From contig DAVZJH010000001.1 in assembly GCA_052272885.1 (NCBI GenBank), positions 1 through 63,224 of the forward strand: a stretch of 63,224 nucleotides of DNA, written 5' to 3'. Under the pieces are notes generated by a model. That model ran no database searches, was not told the DNA's origin, and was given only the letters and a program-made list of their open reading frames with translations. Positions 19,656-27,759 of the stretch are shown one piece after another; within the stretch, counting starts at the first letter, position 1; the number at the start of each line of letters is the position of its first letter. This DNA comes from Anaerovibrio sp. (GTDB lineage: Bacteria; Bacillota; Negativicutes; Selenomonadales; Selenomonadaceae). Position numbers and translations under genes: made by a program.

Positions 19656-20711
19656 GTGAAGGGGATGCTGATAAAAAAATTAAGAAATTATCTCGAACCA
19701 TTATTGATTTTGACATTGAGCATTTTGATATTTTCAACTATCTATAATATATATCTATTGCAGGGCACGGCCAGGGTCGTAAATTATACTGGATTGGTAC
19801 GGGGGGCCACTCAGCGGGCGGTTAAGCTGGAGATAGTAGGTACACCCAATGATAGATTGATAGAAAAGCTGGATGATATATTGGCTGGCCTGCAAAATGG
19901 CGGGGGCAAGTATGAGCTAGTCCAATTGGATGATGCAAAATATCGGGACGATTTGACAGAGTTGACAAATTATTGGCAGGAGCTAAAACAGGAAATTGCT
20001 AAAAGTAGGGAAGAGCATTATGCCAACACCCAGCTGCTGCCTATGAGTGAAAACTATTTCATCCTGGCAGATCAGTTGGTAAGTGATGCCGAAGTGTACA
20101 GTCAGAAAATAGCTGATAGACTACAGCTTTTAGAATTTTGTATGATTGTCAATGTGGGAATATTGCTGATTATTTTGGTAATTTATCAGTTGCAGTCCAG
20201 AAGTATGCAAAGAAAATACAAAAAACTTTCGGCTACGGCCTATGTGGATGTTCAAACAGGGCTGGCCAACAAAAGCAGCTGTGAAAAGAAATTGCAGGAT
20301 GATCAATGGCTGGACAAGCATGTGGGATTTCTCATGTTTGATATGAATAATCTAAAGAAGGTTAATGATTCCTTAGGTCATGCTGCCGGAGATAGCATGA
20401 TTTCCAATTTTGCCAGAATGTTGAGATTGTCAGTGCCGGACAATCAATTTATAGGTCGTTTTGGCGGGGATGAATTTATCGTGATTCTATCTGATTCGGA
20501 AGTTTCGGATATGAATAAAATAATTGCTACATTAAATGAAAATATTACAGCCTTTAACCAGGGCAGTAATTCTATTCAAATCAGCTATGCTGTGGGAAAA
20601 GCACATACCTCATGCTATGTGGGAAATGTAACTATGAAGGTGTTGTTTGAAAGAGCTGATTATGATATGTATCAGTATAAATTAGCTTATAAAAACAGGG
20701 GAAGACGTTAG
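19656..20711 (+). CDS. Membrane diguanylate cyclase
   Basis: Two TMs flanking a helical sensor; DMNNLKKVND, GHAAGD, RFGGDEF, RADYDMY. Confidence 0.92.
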   Translation: MKGMLIKKLRNYLEPLLILTLSILIFSTIYNIYLLQGTARVVNYTGLVRGATQRAVKLEIVGTPNDRLIEKLDDILAGLQNGGGKYELVQLDDAKYRDDLTELTNYWQELKQEIAKSREEHYANTQLLPMSENYFILADQLVSDAEVYSQKIADRLQLLEFCMIVNVGILLIILVIYQLQSRSMQRKYKKLSATAYVDVQTGLANKSSCEKKLQDDQWLDKHVGFLMFDMNNLKKVNDSLGHAAGDSMISNFARMLRLSVPDNQFIGRFGGDEFIVILSDSEVSDMNKIIATLNENITAFNQGSNSIQISYAVGKAHTSCYVGNVTMKVLFERADYDMYQYKLAYKNRGRR

Positions 20712-20731
20712 GGGAATAAATAGGAGATATT

Positions 20732-21646
20732 ATGATTCGCAGGAGAAGTCTTGAGCACAAATTTATGCAGTATGCAGGAGTTAGTCTGGGATGCTTAATA
20801 GCCAGCTGCTCCATTAATCTTTTTTTGGTACCATCCCATTTGTTGACTGGTGGTGCTACAGGTATTGCTATTATCTTTTACTATTTGGCTGGTTTGCCAA
20901 TAGGTTTGCAGACCTTTCTTTACAATATACCTTTGCTGATAGCAGCCTGGAAGCTAATGGGGCGGGAATATACCATTGATATTATCATTGGTACCACTAT
21001 TTTTTCTTTCTGTCTGGATGCTACCAGATTTCTTAATGCCTATGCCCCCTTGGATGATGTTATGCTGGCGGCGATTTTTGGCGGTGTATTTAACGGTATA
21101 GGCTATGGCATTGTTTTTCGTATGGATGGCAGTACCGGTGGCTTCGATATTATTGGGGCTATAGTGAAGAAATTCTATGCATTACATATGGGAGGCGTAA
21201 TTTTTGCCTTTAACTGCATGATTATGGTGGTGGCAGGCTTTCTCTTTGGTGTTGCTCCGGCTATGTTTACTTTGATAATGATGTTTATTAATGCTACTGT
21301 AACAGACAAGGTAATAGCAGGCTTTAACAGCCGTAAGGCGGTGCTGATTGTCTCCGAAAAAGCAGAGCAGATTGCTGAGGATATTATTTTGGAGCTGGGA
21401 CGAGGAGTTACCTTTCTCCACGGTCAGGGGGCCTTTACCCATAAGGAGAGGGATGTGGTTTTCGTAGCGGTTACACTAACCCAGGTAGCAAAAATCAAAT
21501 TTATAACCAATGATATAGACCCCAATGCCTTTATGATTATTATGTCAGCCAGCGAGGTTATGGGTAAGGGCTTTAGCAAGCCAAAGGCCCCTGCTGTTAA
21601 GGAAGTTATTCATGAGGCAGATAAGGTTGAATACAAGGTGGTATAG
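20732..21646 (+). CDS. YitT family membrane protein
   Basis: LLTGGATG, NIPL, GSTGGFD, RGVT, IDPNAF motifs. Confidence 0.9.
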   Translation: MIRRRSLEHKFMQYAGVSLGCLIASCSINLFLVPSHLLTGGATGIAIIFYYLAGLPIGLQTFLYNIPLLIAAWKLMGREYTIDIIIGTTIFSFCLDATRFLNAYAPLDDVMLAAIFGGVFNGIGYGIVFRMDGSTGGFDIIGAIVKKFYALHMGGVIFAFNCMIMVVAGFLFGVAPAMFTLIMMFINATVTDKVIAGFNSRKAVLIVSEKAEQIAEDIILELGRGVTFLHGQGAFTHKERDVVFVAVTLTQVAKIKFITNDIDPNAFMIIMSASEVMGKGFSKPKAPAVKEVIHEADKVEYKVV

Positions 21647-21681
21647 GGTTTATAATATACTTAGCTTTAAAGATATAGGAA

Positions 21682-22542
21682 GTGTTGATTATGATAGATT
21701 TACATGTACATTCTACCGTTTCTGACGGAAGTTATACTCCAGCGGGATTGGTAGTATTGGCTAAGGAATCCGGCGTAGAGGCCTTTGCTCTAACCGACCA
21801 TGATTCCATTGCCGGCACCGATGAAGCGGCAGCAGAGGCTGTCAAGCAGGGGGTTGATTTCATTAATGGTATGGAAATGAGTCTTTCTTATCAGGGCCAC
21901 AAGATTCATGTGGTTTGCCTAGGCTTTGATCGTCAGAATACAGAATTTCAGAAGCTGTATAAGAAGGTTCGCTATATCAAGGAGGACTCTATGGCTGATG
22001 TGGTGGAGGCCATACGCCGTAAGGGTATTGATATAGATATGGAAAGGGTACGGCAGCATGCCTCTGTACATTTGGATAGATATGCTATTATGCGCACCAT
22101 TGTGGATATGCATCTTTTTGACAGCATACAGTATATCTGGGATACCTATCTGAACCCTGCGGTGCTGGAAGTAGGAGTAGGAGATGATGTATCAGCTCAG
22201 GAAGCTCTGCCGATTATTCGTCAGGCTGGTGGTGTAACCTCTTTGGCCCATTTCCACAAGCAGATTGGTCTAAAGGGACAGAGCAGGGCTGAGCAGGAGG
22301 CCTCCATTAAGGAATTGTTGGATTTTGGTCTGTGTGGTATGGAGCAGTATTATCCTAATTATACTGAGGAGGATAAGGCTTTTGCTCTCCATATGATTGA
22401 AAAGTACCATATGCTGCCTACGGGGGGAACTGATTTTCATGGCGCCAATAGAGCAGATATTATGTTAGGCACAGGCTATCACAATAATATGAATACCCCT
22501 TATGCATTTTTTGAGCATATCCGTCAGGCCTGTGGCAGATAA
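21682..22542 (+). CDS. PHP-domain phosphoesterase (TrpH/YciV-like)
   Basis: DLHVHSTVSDG, ALTDHD, GMEMS, LAH, TGGTDFHG. Confidence 0.9.
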   Translation: MLIMIDLHVHSTVSDGSYTPAGLVVLAKESGVEAFALTDHDSIAGTDEAAAEAVKQGVDFINGMEMSLSYQGHKIHVVCLGFDRQNTEFQKLYKKVRYIKEDSMADVVEAIRRKGIDIDMERVRQHASVHLDRYAIMRTIVDMHLFDSIQYIWDTYLNPAVLEVGVGDDVSAQEALPIIRQAGGVTSLAHFHKQIGLKGQSRAEQEASIKELLDFGLCGMEQYYPNYTEEDKAFALHMIEKYHMLPTGGTDFHGANRADIMLGTGYHNNMNTPYAFFEHIRQACGR

Positions 22543-22683
22543 TTTGTCTTTTTGTTAAGGCAAAATATGCTGGCACAGATATACAATCGGGGAATTGGCA
22601 ACGGAGATTTTCATATTATTTTCATAAAGAAAGTATAAAATAAATAGTAATTAATAAGTGTTATTGTTTAGGAGGAGAATTTT

Positions 22684-22842
22684 ATGAAAACTTATGTATG
22701 TGACGTATGTGGTTGGGTTTATGATGAGGCAGCTGGTGATCCAGATAACGGTATTGCACCAGGCACCAAGTTTGAGGATTTGCCAGAGGATTTTGTCTGC
22801 CCACTGTGTGGTGTAGGCAAGGATCAGTTCTCTGAGCAGTAA
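22684..22842 (+). CDS. Rubredoxin (52 aa, below the ORF-track cutoff)
   Basis: Translated by hand: [52 protein letters not shown]; two CxxCG motifs; AGGAGG RBS. Confidence 0.97.
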   Translation: MKTYVCDVCGWVYDEAAGDPDNGIAPGTKFEDLPEDFVCPLCGVGKDQFSEQ

Positions 22843-22847
22843 AATGA

Positions 22848-22889
22848 GACTTATTCAGTGGGAGCTTTAGACTCCCACTGAATTTAGTC
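22848..22889. repeat. REP-like palindrome
   Basis: ATTCAGTGGGAG-7 nt-CTCCCACTGAAT perfect 12-bp arms plus GACT/AGTC extension, no U-tract. Confidence 0.55.
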
Positions 22890-22895
22890 GAATCC

Positions 22896-22949
22896 AAAAG
22901 AGGCTGTTACATTTGTGATTTGATTGTCACAAGTGGAACAGCCTCTTTT
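22896..22949. terminator. Bidirectional terminator (rubredoxin / RND)
   Basis: AAAAGAGGCTGTT...AACAGCCTCTTTT. Confidence 0.8.
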
Positions 22950-22958
22950 ATTTGTATT

Positions 22959-25900
22959 TTAATGAATTTTGTAGGTTACAGCATACATAACTGGCAGTAC
23001 CAGCAGTGTAAGAATAGTTGCAATCAGCAGACCGCTGGCAATAGCTACCGCCATTGGTCCCCAGAAGCTGCTGGTCATCAAGGGCAGCATGCCTAGAATA
23101 GCTGCGGCCGCTGTCAGCATAATCGGACGAAAACGCAGTACAGCTGAATCTACGATGGCATCTCTAGGAGTTTCTCCAGCTTCTATATGCTTCTGTATCT
23201 GGTCAATTAGAATAACAGAGTTGCGGATAATCATACCGCTAAGAGCCATAACACCAAGAATAGCTACAAAGCCCATAGCCTGATTGAGAAGCAGCATACC
23301 TGCCACCACGCCGATAAGTCCCAAGGGAGCTGTCAATAGGGTAAGTATCATATCCTTGCCGTTGCGGAGCTGGAACATCAGGAGAGTCATGATGATAAAA
23401 ATCATGGCTGGAATAGGTATCAGCAGGTATTTCATAGAATCCTCACTGTCCTCTAAAGAACCACCTACAGTAATTTTGTAGCCAAAGGGCAGTTCATCCC
23501 GAATATCCTTTACTGCATCATAGGCTTTCTGGGTGGCATCGTTGGCGGTGCCCTCCTTGATATTAGCTTGTACTGTAATGGTAGGCTGCATATTTTTGCG
23601 CTTAATTAAGCTGTCCTCAGCCTCATAGGAGATTTTGGCCAGCTGCTCCAAAGGTACATAGCCACCAGCAGAGTAAACAGGCAGATTCTTTATCTGGGAC
23701 AAATCCTGCCTGTCTGTATCTGCCAATCTTAGCTGAATATCAATGGTTCTATCTCCAGAGTAAAGCTGTGCGGCAGAAGCACCAGAAACCTCTGTATAAA
23801 CTGTCTGAGCTACAGTCTGAGGAGAAAGCCCCAGTGCTCTTAGCTTGGCCTGGTCAAATTCCAAATGGAGAACCTTGGATTTTTCATTCCAGTCCAGATT
23901 TGTATCAGTATTATTAGGATCCTGAGCGACTCTATCTGCTACCTGCTCGGCAATATCCCTGACCTTATCCTTATCATAGCCGGAAACCAGCAGCATAATA
24001 GGATAGGGGGCTGGTGGGCCAGTCTGGATTACGGAAATATTGGTTTTTACCTCTGGGATATTTTCAGCTAAATAATCCCTAAGCTTGGTTGTAAGAGCAT
24101 CACGATTGTCTGCATCCTTGGCCACAATGACAAACTGAGACAGATTGTCTGTAGGCAGTTTTGGATCTACAGTTAGTACAAAGCGAGGTGCACCTTCACC
24201 CACATAATAGGTATAGTTTTCTATTTCCTCAGAGTTTTCATCCAGAAATTGGGCAAAACGGCTGGCCGCCTGGCCTGAAGCCTTAAGGGAGGAGCCTTCT
24301 GGCAATTCCATATCAATGATAATCTCTGGTCGGATAGATGGCGGGAAAAATTCCTGCTTTATCATGCCCATCATGGCAATGGATAGGGCAAACAAGCCAG
24401 CTGTAGTGGCCAGCACAATTTTTCTATGCTCCAGGAACCAGTTTAGCAGGCCACGGAAAGCCAGATAGAAACGGCTTTGATACATTTCACCTTCATCTGC
24501 CTTGGCGGTAGGCTTTATGAGATAGTAGCCAAATAAAGGTGCAATCATAACGGAAACAATCCAGGAAATAACCAGAGCCATACCAATAACTGGGAAAAGG
24601 GAGCTGCAGAATTCAGCCGCCATACCCTTGGAGAAGCTAACCGGAATAAAGCCGGCACAGGTAATCAAAGTACCTGTAAGCATAGGCTTGGCTGTGGCTC
24701 GGAAGGCGTGGCAGGCAGCATCAAAGCGGCTATGTCCTCTTTCTAGTTGGACGCTCATCTGCTCCACAGCAATAATGGCATCATCTACCAAAAGGCCTAG
24801 GGAAATAATCAAAGCACCCAAGGAAACCTTGTGCAAATCAATACCGAAAATGTACATACCGCAGAACACGGCTGCTAGCACTAAAGGAATACAGCCAGCT
24901 ACCACCATACCGGTGCGAAGGCCAAGACTTAGGAAGCTAACGGCCAAAACGATAATAACTGCCTCTCGCAGGGTGCTGACGAAATCATCAATAGATTCTT
25001 CTACTACCTTTGGTTGGTCAGATACCTGATGAATTTCCAGACCAGCAGTCATTTCGGACTGAATGCTGGTCATGGCAGTCCTTAGCTCGTTACCTAGAGT
25101 AATAATATTGCCACCGTCCTCCATAGAAACGGCAATACCTACTGCTGGCTGGCCATTGTAGTACATGGCTGTATCTCCAGGCTCTGCATAGCGGCGCTCT
25201 ACAGTGGCAATGTCTCCTAGGTAAAAGGTTTTGCCATTAGCCTGAATAGGAGTGTTTTTGACAGCATTTTCATCATCAAAGATACCGCTGTAACGAAGAT
25301 ATACATTGTCCGTGCTGGTTTCAATCATGCCAGAAGGAGTCATTTCATTTTGACTCTTAAGAGCATTGGCCAGCACAGTAGGGCTGATGCCTAGCTCAGC
25401 CAGTTTGGCACTTTCGATTTCCACATAAACCTTTTCGGTTTGTACCCCCAGCAGTTTAACCTTTTGTACCTTGTCAATGGTAGCTAGCTGACGGCGGATT
25501 TTTTCTGCAGCTTGTCTTAGCTCCTCCATGGAATAGCCATCACCAGTGATGGCATAGACGGAACCAAAAACATCGTCAAATCTATCATTGTAATATGGGC
25601 CATAGACACCAGAGGGCAGTTCAGACTGCACATCATTGCCAAAGCCCCGGACATCACGCCAGGTATCTCGGATAGTGGATCTGTCCACATCGTCCCGCAA
25701 TGTGACATAGACCACACTGGTACCAGCTCTGGTATTGCTGGTGATTTCCTTGACACCGGGAATATCCCGGAATTTGGATTCCAGCTTGTCTGTTACCTGC
25801 TGTTCCATCTGGTCAGCAGAAGCTCCAGGCCAGGCTGCTGTAACTACCATCTGATTGATGGTGAAGTTAGGATCCTCCATGCGGCCTAGCTTAAAGTAGA

Positions 25901-25985
25901 AGAATATGCCGCCAATGGCAGTGACGATAATAAAGTACCAGACTAGAGCCCGGTTTTTGAGGGATATTTCTGTGAGATTTCTCAT
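22959..25985 (-). CDS. RND efflux transporter permease (AcrB/AcrD/AcrF family)
   Basis: 1008 aa; LGRMEDP, WPGAS, GLLVDDAI proton-relay motif, EFFP, RFRPIMLT. Confidence 0.95.
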   Translation of the reverse strand: MRNLTEISLKNRALVWYFIIVTAIGGIFFYFKLGRMEDPNFTINQMVVTAAWPGASADQMEQQVTDKLESKFRDIPGVKEITSNTRAGTSVVYVTLRDDVDRSTIRDTWRDVRGFGNDVQSELPSGVYGPYYNDRFDDVFGSVYAITGDGYSMEELRQAAEKIRRQLATIDKVQKVKLLGVQTEKVYVEIESAKLAELGISPTVLANALKSQNEMTPSGMIETSTDNVYLRYSGIFDDENAVKNTPIQANGKTFYLGDIATVERRYAEPGDTAMYYNGQPAVGIAVSMEDGGNIITLGNELRTAMTSIQSEMTAGLEIHQVSDQPKVVEESIDDFVSTLREAVIIVLAVSFLSLGLRTGMVVAGCIPLVLAAVFCGMYIFGIDLHKVSLGALIISLGLLVDDAIIAVEQMSVQLERGHSRFDAACHAFRATAKPMLTGTLITCAGFIPVSFSKGMAAEFCSSLFPVIGMALVISWIVSVMIAPLFGYYLIKPTAKADEGEMYQSRFYLAFRGLLNWFLEHRKIVLATTAGLFALSIAMMGMIKQEFFPPSIRPEIIIDMELPEGSSLKASGQAASRFAQFLDENSEEIENYTYYVGEGAPRFVLTVDPKLPTDNLSQFVIVAKDADNRDALTTKLRDYLAENIPEVKTNISVIQTGPPAPYPIMLLVSGYDKDKVRDIAEQVADRVAQDPNNTDTNLDWNEKSKVLHLEFDQAKLRALGLSPQTVAQTVYTEVSGASAAQLYSGDRTIDIQLRLADTDRQDLSQIKNLPVYSAGGYVPLEQLAKISYEAEDSLIKRKNMQPTITVQANIKEGTANDATQKAYDAVKDIRDELPFGYKITVGGSLEDSEDSMKYLLIPIPAMIFIIMTLLMFQLRNGKDMILTLLTAPLGLIGVVAGMLLLNQAMGFVAILGVMALSGMIIRNSVILIDQIQKHIEAGETPRDAIVDSAVLRFRPIMLTAAAAILGMLPLMTSSFWGPMAVAIASGLLIATILTLLVLPVMYAVTYKIH

Positions 25986-27091
25986 GGCTGTTCCTCCGCC
26001 AGTCTAACCTTTGTGCCCTCTAGCAGCTTGTGCACACCGGCTATGACCACAATATCTCCTTTGCTAAGACCATGAACCTTTAGCTTGTCCTTGGCGAAAT
26101 CTTCTATCTGTACATCTTTGAGACTTAGGGTTAAATTGTCCTTATCAACAACCCATACCTGTGGTGCATTATTAGTTTGGTAAATAGCAGATATTGGCAG
26201 GATGGCAAAATTATCATCATCCTGTTGCATAGCTGTCTTATCAGTTACAGTGTTCAAGCCGGCTATGGTAATGGTGGCAGTCATGCCCAAATGCAAACCA
26301 GCTGGTGGCTGAGGCAGGGAAATACGCACCTTGTAGGTGCCTGCTACCTTGTCAGCCATAGGAGACACCTCTCGTACAGTACCGGCAACAGTCTGCTTGC
26401 CTAAAGACCAGAAAGAAACCACTACCTGCTTGCCAACAGTAACATCGGCAATACGGCTTTCTGGTACATTGATTTCTACCTCCAGTTCCTGAGATTGAAC
26501 CAGAGTAAGTACCACTTGACCTGCGCCTACCACCTGACCAGCCTCTGCATTGACAGCAGAAATTACCCCGTCAGAGGCGGCTACCAGATTGGCATAGCCC
26601 AGAGCGTTCTGCCCCTGATTGGCTGCCGCCAAAGCCTGATTGTAGGAGGCCTGAGCAGCATCATAGGCAGTCTGATACTGATCCAATACACTGGCTGGTA
26701 CAGCATCCTGAGCATAGAGTGTGCTGTAGCGATTCAGATTGGTACGGCTAAGCTCCAGCTGAGCCTTGGCTGCAGCAACCTGAGCTTCCCCTTGATTGGC
26801 TTGCTGTAGTACATCTCGATTATCAATGGACATAAGCACATCCCCAGCATGAACTCTGTCCCCAGCCTGAACGTAACGCTGGAGAATACGGCCTCCCACC
26901 TGAAAAGACATATTGGTTTCGTAGCGTCCTCGCACTACACCGGGATAGGAGCCGGAGGCTTCCCCATTGCCTAGGGCAACTACCTGAGTCTTGACCAGAG
27001 GATCCTTTTCTGTGGCTGTTTCCTGATTACCGCATCCAGTTAAGGCGAGGGGAATCAGGATACATAATAAAATAGAAATTACTTTATTCAT
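25982..27091 (-). CDS. RND periplasmic adaptor (membrane fusion lipoprotein)
   Basis: Lipobox LTGC, lipoyl/hairpin pattern, overlaps the permease start (ATGA). Confidence 0.93.
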   Translation of the reverse strand: MNKVISILLCILIPLALTGCGNQETATEKDPLVKTQVVALGNGEASGSYPGVVRGRYETNMSFQVGGRILQRYVQAGDRVHAGDVLMSIDNRDVLQQANQGEAQVAAAKAQLELSRTNLNRYSTLYAQDAVPASVLDQYQTAYDAAQASYNQALAAANQGQNALGYANLVAASDGVISAVNAEAGQVVGAGQVVLTLVQSQELEVEINVPESRIADVTVGKQVVVSFWSLGKQTVAGTVREVSPMADKVAGTYKVRISLPQPPAGLHLGMTATITIAGLNTVTDKTAMQQDDDNFAILPISAIYQTNNAPQVWVVDKDNLTLSLKDVQIEDFAKDKLKVHGLSKGDIVVIAGVHKLLEGTKVRLAEEQP

Positions 27092-27271
27092 ACGCTAACC
27101 CCTTCTTTGAGCAAATTCAATAAATTCTATGCCTCAATTGTAACAAAAAATCCGCAGCAACACAATCTAAATTGTCTTTTATAAGGAAGAAAACATAATA
27201 ATATATTTGCAAATCTGGGAGGGGATAAGACAGGAGAATGGGCCTAAAAATTCGGAATCCCACAAAATGTC

Positions 27272-27299
27272 TTGCTCGGGGGGGCAAATGTGTTATAGT
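27272..27299 (+). promoter_or_regulatory. Putative sigma70 promoter with a G7 tract in the spacer
   Basis: TTGCTC-16-TATAGT, extended -10 TG; G7 at 27278-27284. Confidence 0.5.
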
Positions 27300-27408
27300 A
27301 GTGGCATAATCCGGGGAAGTGTCTCTTAATTAAGAGAAATTAGTGCTGCCAATCAGGGACGAAGCAAGGTGGCAGTGACACGGAAATATTAAGGAGGGGG
27401 GCAGAAAC

Positions 27409-27687
27409 ATGACCAATATGCAGATTGGAATCCGGCAAACCATATTTTCCAAGCATGCTCTGCGGAGACTGTCTGACCGGCATATCCAGTTCGACCACCA
27501 GGCCATGGAAAAGCTCAATGAGGCGGTGGACAGGCTATCAGCCAAGGGTGCCAGAGCGTCTCTTATCTATCTAAATGATGTTGCAATGGTGGTTCGCATC
27601 AGGGAAAGAACGGTAGTAACTGCCGTAGATGGCGATAGTGCCAAGGAGAATATTTTTACGAAGATTGACAGTGCAGCAATCCTATAA
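27409..27687 (+). CDS. Flagellar operon protein, TIGR02530-like (short)
   Basis: FSKHALRRL, KGARASLI, RTVVTAVD, ENIFTKIDSAAIL; family normally precedes flgE. Confidence 0.85.
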   Translation: MTNMQIGIRQTIFSKHALRRLSDRHIQFDHQAMEKLNEAVDRLSAKGARASLIYLNDVAMVVRIRERTVVTAVDGDSAKENIFTKIDSAAIL

Positions 27688-27759
27688 GGCTGGACCCACG
27701 GGAGGCTTTGGATTGACAGAGATGAAAACACAGTCATGACCAAAGGAGAATGATTTATT

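Noticed and set aside
22571..22586. TGGCAC as a sigma54 promoter before rubredoxin
   Set aside because: The -12 TTGC element is missing.
27205..27260. c-di-GMP-I riboswitch (GCAAA...GGCCTAAA fragments)
   Set aside because: No GNRA-capped P2 or GACGCAAA junction, and it lies upstream of the predicted promoter.
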